Shown here: positions 42,601 to 57,600 of the stretch, piece after piece
Layout: each line of letters opens with the position of its first letter
How positions within the stretch are numbered: the stretch's first letter is position 1
Assembly (NCBI GenBank): GCA_039096225.1
Contig: JBBPEB010000025.1
Location: 1-64,000 of the forward strand
Direction: 5' to 3'
Origin: Blastocystis sp. Blastoise
Lineage: Eukaryota > Protista > Bigyra: Opalinata
DNA: 64,000 bases
Made by a program: the position numbers and the translations under genes
The notes under the pieces: generated by a model
What the model was told of the DNA's origin: nothing
The model's input: only the letters and a program-made list of their open reading frames with translations
The model's database searches: none

Positions 42601-45600
42601 TTCACATGGAATACTAAATGAATTACCACTACTAGTTTCTTCATAACCATCTTCTGTAGCATCACATATCTTATTAAGAATTGTTATTGATATTATTGTA
42701 CTATTAGATTTATCTTCATTATAAGCAGTAATTGTATAATTATTTAATGATTTATATATTAAAGGAATACCACTTATAATACCATTCTCATTATTAAATA
42801 TTAATCCAGATGGTAATGTAGGATTTATAACCCATTCTGTTACTATATTCTCTATATTTGGTATTATATTTACATTTGATGTCTTTCTATACCAAATATA
42901 ATTTATTTCATTATAACTAATTATAGGAGATTTATAAGCACAATAATTATTTGTAAGTATCCATTCATAAGAATCACTACGTTGACAAGTATATTCAATA
43001 TATCCTTCTTTAAGTAAATCACCGCAATCTCTTTCAATTATACTTCCAACACTATATTTAACATCATTTTCCATACAACCTCCATTAATTCTAGATATTA
43101 CTACTTTAACTGTAGCTTGTTTGTTATTCATATCTACAGCAGTAATAAATATTGTATAAATACCTTCCATTTCAATAGAACCACTAAGAGTACCATCTCC
43201 TGTATTAAGTGTAACACCTTCAGGTAATGTATTTGAAGAATATAAACGTATATTTGAGGTAGTAATTGGATGTATAGAAAATACATCATTCATATCAAGT
43301 TCTAAACTATTTTCTGAATAACTTAAATCAAATTCAGTAATAGGAGAACATAAATATTCTTCATTAGTATAAGAACCTTCAGTACAAGTAGATTGTATAT
43401 AACCAATTGTACCAGAAGGACAAGCCTTAGTAGATAAGCCATTTTCATAAGCATCACCATAACCATCAGTAGCAGAACATGATTTAGGAAGATTACCTGT
43501 ACAATATTGTATTTCTGATAATTGAAGAGCATTATCATAAGCTAATGCATTATTAGTAAATATACTAGTTTGACATTTAGTAAATTGTATTCTATATTTA
43601 CTATAAGCACCAGGCGTATCAACATCAAAACTAAGAGATTGATAAGTTTGTGTAAATACATTACCACTAACAGTATCTACAATAGTTTCAGTAATAAAAT
43701 CATCATTAGAACCAATTAATGTCCAATCAGAAGGATGTCTCTTACCACAATCATTAGCAGCAATTAATGTATAACGAGTAATTACTGTAGGTTCACTATA
43801 AGAATATTCAATATAGAATGTTTTTTCTGGACAACCACCTTCAAAATAACCCTTAGTAGAAGTTAAACCATCAAATAACATAGCTAATGTTTCAGTATTG
43901 GAAGCAGCAATACTACTACTAGCATTAGAAGCATTCATATCACAATTACCATAAATAGGAACAATAGAATATTCAAGTTGAGTAGACATATCAGATTCAG
44001 GTAATTCAATACGAATAGCTAAAGTATTAGTACCTGTATGTATAATATCATAAGTACTTAAAGTAAATGTATAAGTAGCAATAGTAAATGGTTTATTTTC
44101 AGTACTTATAAATACACTTTGACCATTTATATAAACTTCAATACCACCAATAGTATTAATAGTAAATGTATATTGCATAGCTTCTTCATCATATATAGTA
44201 AAATGAGTTCTATAATAAACAGTAGTTTCAGTATGAGTATTAGAAGCAAAAGTAATAGTATTCCAAGTAGAATCATCATAATTATATTGAGTCCATTCAG
44301 TAGTATCTTGAGAAACAATACTTTCTTTCCAAGTATATTCTTTAGTAGTTGTAGAGACAGATAAAGTTAAAATAACAGTATTAGAACCTTCAGAATTACC
44401 AAATGTAACAGTATATTCAGTAGAATCTAATGTTTCAGGAGCATTACCACGAATAACACCTACAGTATCTATAGATAAAGATCCAGGAAGAGCAGGAGAA
44501 CAAGATATAGATTCAACAATACCACTAACAGTAGGTATAAGATGTACTGATTCTCCTTTGTAGAATGAATAATTATTAGAATCCGAATAAGAAATATCAT
44601 AAGGAATACGTTTAACACAACCATTAATAATAGGTCCAAATTCTATAGTACTCTTTAAACAAGTACGTGTATAATCACCAGTATAAAGAATAGGATCACA
44701 AGGTTTAGTAGCAATTTCACCAGGAACAGTTTGAGCAAAACCATCAACTTCTTCACAATAATGATCATATATATATAATTCATAAGTAAATTCAACAGAA
44801 CCAGCAGCATTAGTAGCAGTAAGAGTATATATATAAGTACCTATAGTAGTAGCAATACCTGAAATAACACCAGTTTCAGTATCAAATGTTAATCCAGAAG
44901 TAGTAGGATCAGGAGTAATACTATAAGAATCAATAATACCAGTAGTAACAGGAGATTGCATAGGAATAGCACTATTAATATATAATGCATGATAAGCTAT
45001 ATCATAAGAATAATGTTCAATAGGATTAGCAGTACAATTAATTAAGATTAAATCACTCCAAACACCATTACCTTCTACAAGTGTACATGTATAATAAGCA
45101 TTACCAGAATAATACATAGGACATTTTAAATCATAATTCATTTCAACATTAGTTTCAGGAAGAGTAATAGTATCATCATTAACAGTAGTACTAGCACAAG
45201 TAATACGTGTACAATCAGAAGTAATTTCACCCCATGTACCATCAACTTGACATGTTCTATGTAATACACAACGATCTAAACCACCATCATAATAATCTAA
45301 ATCGATAACTTCTGTAGCTGTCTTAGTTTCCCAAGTTTGATTATAAATAGTATCCGTATCTTCAGAACAAGATCTTAATTCACAAGTAGATACAATTTCA
45401 CTCCATGTAGCAGGATATTGAGGAAGACAAGTTCTAGAAGTATTACCATATTCAATAGGATTCTCACAAGAAATCTCTTTAGATTCTCCAGCAATTACAG
45501 AACCATAAGATTCATCTTCACAATATAATTGATTAATAACAATAGAAACAGTAGTTTCATAAGAACCAGCACCATTAGTAACAGTAATAGCATAATCTTG

Positions 45601-48600
45601 AATATCTAAAAGAATAGCAGATGAACCAGAAATTACACCAGTAGTAGGATCAATAGAAATACCTTCAGGTAAAACAGTATATTCAAAAGTACGTGCAATA
45701 CCAACAATAGTAGGAATTACTTCAATAGATTCATATCTATGAACAGAAATAGCAGGATAAGTAATAGATGTAATAGGCATATCAACACAATTATTAACTA
45801 ATTCACCCCAAGTAGCAACATTATCTATAAGTGTACATTGTCTATAAAGAGATCCACTTTGATATTGAGGACAATTAGCATAACGAATAGTATTAATATC
45901 AGCAGCTAACCATAAGAAATCATCTATTTGTTGATTAGCACATTTCTTAATAATACAACTATTATCAACAACACCCCATAAACCATTTAATTTACAATAT
46001 CTCTTAATAATACCATCATATTCAGATTCACAATTAAATGTAGAATAAGTACCAATAGGAGTCATAGGCCATTCAAATCCTTCACTAGTACCAGCATTAC
46101 AATGAGTAGGACTATAATAATACATAACAATATTAGATTTTGTATTATAAACACCTTCAGCATAACTAAGAATACCTTCAGGAAGATATATAGTTACAAT
46201 ATCAGAAGATTGAGCAGTTATACTTAATTTATATGTATTTTCATTAATCACTTCAGAATTTATTAAATCAGCATTAGTAATAGATAATAAACTTAATGAA
46301 GCTGTAGATAAAGGAAGTGAAGATACAAGATAAACTATAAATTCATTAGTAGATATATAGAAACCAGTAGATTCAGGAATTAGCCAAGAATTGAATGTCT
46401 TAATATTATAAACACCAGTAATAGTATTAGAAGCAGCAATAGGTTGATCATTAATATCAGTTATAGAAGTAGGTAAACCAATAGAGAAAGTACCAAGAGA
46501 AGAAATAGAAACAGTTAATAAATAAACAGTATCAGACAAAGCTAAAACATTAGAAACAGCACAATTACTAACAACAAAAGGAGAATCAACTGTAAGTAAA
46601 ACATTTTGACTAAAAGTAACATAAACAGAAACAGTATTACTATAAACAGTTGAATCGATAGTAGAACTTAAAGTAGCAGTTGTTTCAGCAAATGTAGTAT
46701 ATAACTTAAAATCAGAATATACAGTAGCTTTACCCATATTAACACTCTTTCCAAGAAGATTAAGACGAGTAGATGTAGTAGCAGTCTTTGTATTATCAGT
46801 ATATTCAACTGACCAAGAACCACCAGCACGTTTATATGAACAATAATAATTATTATTAGCATCTCTTCTTAAACGAAGGGAAACATCTGTTAAAGCACTA
46901 CCAATGTTAGTATAATAACTACTAGCAGAATTATATGCTTTATAAGCTAATCCAGGTGCATTATATGAATAATAATCAATAAGACATAAAGTAATAGGAT
47001 ATTGACCATCTTCAGAAGTAATAGCATAACCAGCAGCATGATTGGATGTTCCTGTGGGGAAATGAATAGTAACTTCACTTGTAAATTCTTTAGGCATAGG
47101 TTTATACATGAAAGGAGCATTATTTCTAGTAGTACCAGTAATATCAGTATTAGCAGTAGTAGTAATAGTCATTTGACCATTAGCATAAGAAACACTAGCA
47201 ATAGAAGGATTCGGGAAATCTTGTTTCCATCCAGAAGTAGCAGAGAATGGTTCATTATAGTAAAGAGTATTTGTTGTTGGAATAACATACATATTATCAC
47301 TACCACCACAATAAGATAAATTATCACCAGTACAAATAGTAGTACATAAAGAATTATCAACATGTTGAGTTAAATCATCATATGTAGGTATACAAACACA
47401 TTTATTACCTTGAGTTAAACCATAATATTCAGAAGAAGCACATTCAGCTAAACAATCTTCAGGAGACATATTATCAATAGTAATAACAGGAAGAGAAGAA
47501 GACATAGACATACAACCAAAAGTAGACGTAACTTGTTGAGGAGCTATAGGTACAGTAACTACCATATGTGAGAAATAAGTCTTAGCTGAACTAGAAACAG
47601 CACTTCCATTTTCATCATAACCATGAATACATAATCTATTAACACCACTCATATCACTATCACTTGAAGAAGAGAATTTAGTCCATTCGGTATGAGCAGC
47701 AGTTGTATCTTGTTTGAAATAATAATCATATTGAGTATCAGATACTTTAACAAATTTAAAATCAACCCAATCAGTATAAGTACCAGAGAAAGTAGCATCA
47801 CCATTATAAGACCAACCACTTAATTTTCTTTGATGTTTTACAGAATATCCATCAGTCCAATGTTGAAGACATATATCATCAGCCAGCCAACTTAAGTCAC
47901 TTGTTTTAGCTAAACCAATACATCCTTGTTGATTATTACCAGTAGTTTCAGTAAATTTCATACTAAAAGTAATTTCAGTCCAACCAGTAGGAAGAGTATG
48001 AGAGAAATAAATAAGATTAGTTCTACTACCCCATTCAACATTTCCTGAAGTAAGATAACTTAATGCACCAACAGTTTCACCATCAACATTTTCAGAAGCA
48101 AAAGAAGTACGAACAACACTTGTATAACCATCATTTGGCCAATCTTCTACAGTTTCAAAATTAGTAGAATAACTAATAGAGGTAGTACGAATAGATATAG
48201 TATGAATAGTATCTTTAGATGTTAAATATCCATCAGTAATAGAAGTACTAGCAGCAAATGTGAAATAAGTAGCATCAAGAGAAGAATCTAAAGGAATACT
48301 AACATATACAGTACCTGTACTAGACTTTAAATAAATAGTTGTTGAATCAACTAATATTTCATAAGCAGCAGAAGTAGAACAATCAACAGGAGTACCTAAA
48401 ACAGTAGAAACAGTTTCATCATTAATAATTGAGACAATCTTACTATTACCACAAACAGTTATTTCATATCTATTACTATTAAAAGCTTCTAAAGAATTAC
48501 TAAAAGTAATCTTAAGATTATTATCATTAGTAGACATATAATTAAATTTAACAGATCCAAAATTAGTAGTAGGTAATTTCCATCCTGAAGATATATAATT

Positions 48601-51600
48601 ATAATAATTATTTTCTTGAACAGCAGGTAATATATAAGAAGTTAATCTAGAAGGAATAATATAAGAATAAGCATTAGATTGAGCAGAAGTCATAGTAGAA
48701 GTCTTAACAACACCAGTAGGTAAGAAGAAAGTAGAGATGCCATTAATATTAGGATAGAATAAATATTCATGATTATTTGTACCTGATAACATAACACCAT
48801 TTCCTACAATCCATTGAGAAGGAAGAAGAGTAGTTCCTTCAGGTAATTCAACATTAATAACAATAGGAATAACAGTAGTACCAGAAGAAGTATCAGATAC
48901 AGTTATAGTAAGAGGAGTATAAATACTACTACTTGATCCAGAAGAAATAGAAAGATTCTTTATATAAGCAGGAGATTCACCAGTACTAAATGTAAAATAT
49001 GTAGCTACAATAGTATTATATTCATAAGAAACAAGAGTAGATTCACTAGTTGATTCAATACCTGTACCAATAGAAATAACATTATTTTTATAATTAACCC
49101 AATAAGTTTGATAATTATCACTTACTATAGTAATATCATGAGTTATAGTAGATAATACAGTACCAGCACCATTAGAAATAACAGTTTGAGTACCAGTAGA
49201 TTTACCGAAATTAATTATAAGACTATTATCATTAATAGATTGAGCAGTAGATAAAGCAATAATAATACCTTCTTTAGAAGATAAACTTAAAGTAAAGAAC
49301 AATTCACCATTTGAAATAGCATATGTAGCAGGCCAAATTGGATAATTACTATTAGAATTAATATAAGGAATAATAGTAGCTGTTTCACTTCTATGAATAT
49401 CAAGAGAAGCAGCAGGTGAAGAAGTACCACCAAGAGTAACTAAACCTTCAGGAATAGTAACAGTAATAGGAGTAAGAGGAGCATTAATAGTAGCAATACA
49501 ACCATTACCTGTATTATATACATCAATTACTTGATATCCATCAGAAACTTGTATATCACTGCTATAAACTGTCACAGGTACATTAAATGTTAAAGTAACA
49601 GGAACATAGATATATTGAGAAGCAGTTTCAGGATTCCATGTTAGAGATACAGTAATAGGAATAGATTCTCTAGACCATGTAGTAGCAGAATTACCCATAG
49701 TAGATTCACCAACTTGAAGAGATACAGAATTTTCAGGAATAGTAATACTATGAACATTATCATTAATACCAGTATTTACTGATGACACTTTAAATGTATA
49801 TTCATCATTAGATACTTTAGTAAATTCAGATATTTCCATATTAACAGTTTGAATAGAAGAACTAATAAGTTCAGTAGTAGGTACACGAGTAAACTTTAAT
49901 GTAGCACTATAAGGAGAAGAAGAAGTATCTATAGTAAGATCAGGAACAGGTATTCTAGTATCATTATCAGTATTTAAACTTGTAATACGAACATTTCTAT
50001 AATAAACAGGATTACCCCAATTATCTAATACAGCTACAAAAGATGTATATGTAAATTCAGGGAATGAAGCATAAGAAAGAGCAGCAGTAGCACCATCCGA
50101 ATATGTACCTTTACCAAGAGTAACAGTAGTACCAACTTTCTTTACCCACATAGGTACATAAGTACCGCTTGTACACCAATTAGCTTGAGTGCCTGCAGCA
50201 AGATTTGTATTAGTAGAATCAACAGTCTTTCTTATAGTTAAAGCACTATTACCACCACCACCTAAAACAAAAGTTAAATAAGTACTTGTAGTAGAAATAG
50301 GATATTCACGAATACCAATAAGTGCATCATTTTGACAATTAGCTTCAAAAGTAATAACAAAATCTTTACTACCTGTATTCCAACGTAATTGTTGATAATA
50401 TTCACTATCAAATTTTTCTTTATTACCATCATCAGCAGCAGTTCTTAAGTTTTCAGTTGCAGTTAAGAATGAAGCAAAAGGAATTTCAAATACACAAAGA
50501 GAATTACCATCATCACCACAAATATTTCTATTTAAAGTAATAACACCAGGTTGAGATATATCAGTATTATCAGCTAATTTAAATATACCAGTATAAACAT
50601 AACCAGAAACAGAAGATGATTTAATAGTACCATAACTAGGAGATACTTCAGAAGTAGCAATAGTAATACCTAAAGCACTAGTATCAATAGTAAAAGATAC
50701 AATAGCTGAAGTAGCAGGTACAGCAGAAAGAATAGTGAATATTGGTACAATATGACTAGTAGCAGTATTTGTAATAGAAATAGTATTACTCATAGAATTA
50801 TAGATTTTATTAGAATCAAAAGCAACTTTAGCTTTAACATGAAGAGAAATAGTACCTAAAGTAAGAGGAGTAATAGTATATGTAAAATGAGTAGCATCAA
50901 TAGGAGTAGGAAGATTAATAGTAACAGCATCCATAGGTACAGTACTAAATATAGTATTATCAATACCAGTAAGTTCTTTAGAAGTAGTTACAGAAATAGT
51001 AAAAGGAGTAGAATCAGAAATAGAAGTAGTTTCACTAGAAATTGATATAGTAGGTACAGATTTTTGATTATATAAATTATCTACTATAGCATCATTAATA
51101 GGAACACCATAAATACGTACTTGACTCATAGTAAAACTACCAGAACTACCAATATATAAAGGATTAGCTTCATTCTTGAAAACTTTACCGAAATCAAGAG
51201 ATTTAATAAACTTATTATCAATATAAATAGACACATTAGAATTAGTTGTTGATGTTGCTTGTAAAGTATATACAATATGATGCCATTGATTAACAGCAGG
51301 AGCTGTATAACTCATTAAATATAATCCAGTACGATCACCAGTATAAATATAAATTAAATTTTCTTTCATACCAATTTCATAATCTAAATGATCATTATCA
51401 GCAAACATCTTCTTAATAAATGTAAATGTTTGAGAATTATCAGAAGTCTTATACCAGAAACTAATAGAAATACCACTATTAATAATAGGAGTAGAGAAAG
51501 TAATATCTTCAGTATTTTCACATTCCCAAGAAGGAGTAGTAGAAGTAAATGTATATGCAGAATTAGAAGTACTTGAAGAATCATAAGTCCAAGAACTAAT

Positions 51601-54600
51601 AGTATTTTGATAAATACAATTCTTATTAGCTATTTCATCATTACCTGTATTCTTAAATGAATAATCACGTACAAGTGAATAAGCAGTAAAAGATTCACTT
51701 ATAATACTAGTAGAAGTAATAGCAGGAATAGAATAATCTTCAGCAACTTCAGAAGGTAATTCTATAGAAACATCAACAGATTCTAAAATTTCTGTTTCTG
51801 TTATAAATACAGGAGCAATACCAAAAGTAACAACATTCTTATTAATAGAAACAGTACTTAAAACAGCATTAGTTATAGAAATTAAAGAACTATCAAATGT
51901 AGCTACTTGACGAGGATAAGTAATAGTATACATAATAAGAGAAGCATATTTATTATTACCTTCAATAGATTTCACAACAGTACCAGTAAAAGGAGAATTA
52001 GTATTAAATATCCAAGTATTTTCAGAAGAAACATTAGGACAAGGAGTACCATCTAAAGCAGTACATATATTACTATCTATAGAGAATTGAATAGAACGTC
52101 CAAGAGCAAATCCACCAGGTAATATAATATATAAAGTAGTAAGAGATGATTCTAAAGAAGAAATAAGAATATCACCATTATATTCATCACTATGTTCACT
52201 ATCAAAATAATGAATAACACTATTACCATTAAAGAGAACTTCTTGACCAAAAGAGAAAGTAATAGGAGTATTAGAAGACATACTAGTAGAAGATTCAGGA
52301 TTAAATATAGGAATAAATGAACCAGATTCAGGATTTTCAACAATAGAATTATAAGTAATTATATATTCAGTATATTTATTATATATATCAGTAGTAGTAG
52401 ATTGAATAAATTCAGTATCAAATATTAATTTTGTAGTTAAAGTACGAGTACCTGAAGAAATAGGGAAAGAAATATGAATAGAAGGAGAAGGTAAAGTAGT
52501 AGATGTCCAAGACATAATAGTATCTTTACCACCAATAGAATTCATAATAGATACTTTATTTATATTTATATTCTTTACAGATTCACTAAATTCAATAGGA
52601 ATATCAATAATATTTGAAGTAGTAGTTAAAGGAACTGTAATACGAATAGAAGGAATAGCAAATGTATTATATAATTCAATCATTTCATTATTAGTTAATA
52701 CATATTTATATAATTTGAAATCAGAAACAGTAATACCACCAGTTTCACCAAGAATAACAGGAGATTGACTAGATATATACATAGAAGAATAAGTACATGT
52801 AGTAGATTCACCATTAATATATATAGTTTTAGTACCAGAATAAGCACTAGTAGTTTTCATAGTAAAACCTATATGAGTCCAAGTATCTATATTAAGAATT
52901 ACATTAGTATTATAATAAGCACAAGTATCCATTTCATTACCAGTAGATATAATTAATTCATTATTATCATTTATAAAAATAGAATAATTATTACCACTAG
53001 TACCAGCTTTAGTAAGAATATTCTTTGAACCTATAGAATCTATCTTAAACCATAAAGAAATAGATAATTCATCACCAATAGAAGAATAAGGAGAAGTTGA
53101 TATTGAATAAGGAGTATTTATATCTTTATCTTCATAAGAAAGACCACCAGTAAGAAGTTGAATAGCCTCATTCTCTGTATTTCTTGAATCTACTACATAT
53201 TTATTAATACCTAATTCAGTAGCATAACCAATATGATTATTATAGGATTCATTAAGAACAGGTATAGGACGATAAGCAATAGTAAGTGTAGTAGAAAAAG
53301 GACTACGAGGAGTAAGAATCTGATTTTCAGTATTTAAAAGGAATCCAGTATTAAATGTAATTATACATTCAGATGAACGACGAATAAGAATTGTATATTG
53401 AGGTAAAATAGAAATATCATTAATAGTTGATTGAATAGAACAACCTTCACTTAATAATATAGAATTTATATCAATATGATAATTTTGACCATAAAAATCA
53501 AAAGAAATAGGAATTTCTTTCATTACATGAGATGAAGTAGGAATAGATATATCTATATTAACAGGAGCTATCATACATTCACTACTATCAATTATATTAG
53601 ACCATTCACCTTGATTACTATCATTACTAGAAACATTACAAGATCGTTTACGATTCCCTTCAAGTCCTTCACCACAAGCAATAGAACGTATTGTATTTAT
53701 TTCTGTAGCAGGCCATATATATCCTTCATATTCTTCTTGAGCACATAATATCTTACCACAATTATTCTCTATATCACCCCAAGTCATATCTAAATTACAG
53801 AAACGAATGATAGTACCATCATTATTAGGACAAGTAATAGAAGCATAACTATTTGTATTTGTAGTTTCAAATACCAGATCATCAGTAGTAATAGAACTAC
53901 ATTGATTACGAGAACAAGTATTAATTATATTAGTCCATGTAGCAGGATATATAGATCCACAAGTAGCTGATTTAGAGCCACTAAATAAAGAACTATCACC
54001 ACAAGAACCAATAGCATTCTCACCAGCAGCAGTAGTAGGATAATTATCACCACTACAATAAGTTTCTACTACAGAAATAGTAATAATAATAGAAACAGTA
54101 TTAACAGGATTAGATAAAGTAACAGTATAATTAGTTGCTGGAATAAGTTCAGTAACTGTACCTGAAATAAGACCATTATCTTCATTAAAAGTTAATCCAG
54201 AAGGAAGAGAAGGAGATATAGTTATAGAAGTAGCAATATTATCAAAAGTTAATGCATTTGAAACAGTTTCATATCTATGTAAATCTAAAGTAGTTAAAGG
54301 ATAAACAGCATTAGAAATAGGATTATAATAGCAAGTATCTCTTTGTTCAGTACTCCACATACCATAAGCAAATGGTTTATCTTTAGGATCAGCACAACTA
54401 AAATATGCATAACCATTATAACCAGAAGGACAATCTAATGTATATTTATAATTTAAATAAGTATATGGTAAAGTTAAAGAATCAACTTCACTTTGGAAAC
54501 AACGAGAATAATCTTCTCTATACATATTAGAAGAAGGAATTAAGACTTTTTCAGCCATATCTGAAGTCTTCCAATATAATTTTAATTTATGAGAAACACC

Positions 54601-57600
54601 ATTTGTTCTATATTGTATAAAAAACATAACAGGTGTATTAGCTACAAGATCTAAATCAAAAGATCCAGTATATTCACCACAAACATTATTTGTAAGTTTA
54701 GTTACACCATCAACATTAATCTTAATACCATCAATAGCTTCTACACTAATAGTATAAGTATTTGTATCTGTAGGATATAAAACAAAAGTATAAGAAGCAA
54801 AGAAATTATCAGTTAAACTATTTCCAGAAGTACCAAATGTATTACCATTTTCATTAGATAAATCCATCATTAATTCACTTGTAAAGAATGTGTTTGTAGT
54901 ACTTGCATAATAATTAACAGTACAACCAGTAGATGTTTCTGTTTTATATTGAGCTAAAATACCATGAGTACTCATACGATATTGACCTGCTATTTCTTTG
55001 AAAGCACTATCATTAGGTCCTTTCATTTGAATTTCAATACCACCAGCACCACCACCATTATAATTAATAACATAAGCATTATGCCAACCTTTTGTAAGTG
55101 TTTTAGGAGTTACAGATGTCCAACTACCAATATATGTATTTTTATTAATTACAACGTTATTTACATTCAAGGAATCAATTAAGAAATATACTTGATCATC
55201 TACTTTATATTGGAAAGTATAACTACCTGTAGTATCAATATAAATCATAGAATGAAATGTAAAAATAGAATTTTCAGCAGTATCAACATTAGTAGGTGCT
55301 GATCCAGAAGAATATGCTTGATTAATAGAATCATAGAAATATACTTGTCTTGGAAGAACAGGTACAATATTATTAACACCAGTATAAGCAGTAAAAGAAG
55401 TATGATGTCTCATAATCCATTTATTAACTTCAACAAATGATTCATCAGCATTACAAATATCAGAACAAGTAAATTCATCATGACTACAAGTAACTGCATT
55501 CATCTTTCTACCATCTTTACAAATACAATAACCAGATACAGAAGAAGGAATCATAGAAGAGCAAGTATATGCATTAGTAGTATCAATAAGACCAGATGGA
55601 GAACAACCTTGAGTAGCTATAAATTGTTGACAATTTGAAGAAGATAAAGTAGCAGTAGCTACAGCAAGTGTTTCAATAGAATCTTGGGAAACAGCAAAAA
55701 TAGTATCTTTTTCAGCATACAAATATACTTTATAAGCAGTATCAGAAATAAGATTATTAAAAGTAGTTGATTGATCTACACCTACAAGAACAGATACATG
55801 TTGACCATTAATCTTTATAGTTTCAATAGAAGGAACATCATCAGTAGCTAAAGCAGAATATATATATACATCAATAGGAGTAGTAATAGCTAATTTTAAG
55901 ATTCTATAATTATAAGTAATAGAATCAACAGTAGTAGTTGTAGAAGCAGAGAGACCAAGTTCTAAAGGTTTTTGACTATCAGCAGCAGCGATTTCTTCGA
56001 TAGAAAGTGTACTATGATGGAAAATAACATTCTTTAAAGATCCTTGGAAATCACCATAAGTACCAGAATAGTAATAAACCATATAAGCTTCTTCTAAAGT
56101 ATTTATAGTATAACTATCATCAAGTTGAATTGAGCCTTGTAATTCTTGATCAATATATAAAGAATAAGTCTTTGTTGCCATAGAATAAGTTAATACAATA
56201 CTATGCCAAACATCATTATTAATAACAACATTAGATACAATTTCAGCATTACGATAATGTTTAGCAATAAATCTTAAATAGCCAGAAGAAATATATAAGA
56301 ATTTAGATCCAACAGTAGTTAAATAAGCACCATCAGTATAAGAAAGAAGAGTAGCAGTAGCTTTAGTAGTTAAAAGAATGAAAGAAATAGAGAAATCAGA
56401 TATATCTTCTCTCATAGGTAACCAGAAATGATTCTTATCAAAACTAATAAGAGAAGAAGATACAGTACTATCCGATATAAGTAATTCAGAATTAGCATGT
56501 ATTAATACCTTATTAAGAAGCATGATTTCATTAATAGTAGAGATAGAATCACTCTTACCAGCACAAACAACATAATAATTCTTTGTAATATCAGTAATAG
56601 GAATAGTTATAGTAGAAATAGAATGTAATGTATATTCAGTAATACTATTTGAACTAGCAACAGTATCAACAGAAGGTATTTCAGTATTTTCTTCAATAGC
56701 CATACAACCAAATTGAACATTAGTTAAAGTTTCAGGAACACTGTTAGGAATAATATCTACTTTAATAGAATCAGTAGCATGATATACAGATTTAATACCA
56801 ACAGCAATATCTTCAGGTTTTTCAGATTTAATAATATCAAAATATTCAGTACTAAGAGCAACACCAGGATAATATTCTAAATCTTTAAAAGCAAGTGTAC
56901 TATGAATAGTACGAGGACTTAAATTATTTTCAATACTACCAATAGACATATAATTCTTATCAGGAGTAGTAGCCCAATTAGCTAATAAAGAACTTGTATA
57001 AGTAAGACAAACAGTATTATCAAAGATTACTTCTATTTTCTTTTGAGAATTAGTTTCACTATGAGTATAACGGAATATTAAATATCTCCAAGTATTATCA
57101 GCTATTTGAGTACAAATACCAGTAGTTAAACCATTTGTATCAACACTACTACCCCAAGCATCTAAATGAAGAGTATCATAAGCATCACCAGAATTTAAAT
57201 GTCTTGCTTCTAAAAATCTAAAACCATTACTAATATATTTAGTACCATCAGTTAAAGCAAATATAGTAGCTCTTGTATCACTATTAGCTTTATACATTCT
57301 AAACCAACCAGCAACAGTCCAAGATTCATTAGTATTCATTCTCCAAGAAGTAGTTACTTTATGACCACCAGCTTGCATATTATCTAATGATAAGTAAGTA
57401 GCAATAGTTTCTTTATTAGAAAGAGAAACACATAATGAAGAATCAACATCACTCCAAATACCACCAGCTAAACATGTTCGTTTAGCTATACCTTTATATC
57501 CAGATTCACAAGAAAAAGTAGCAACTTCTCCAATAGTAGTAGAAGGCCAATTATCAATAGCATCACAACGACCTTCAGGGAATATTAAAGTAACACTAAG

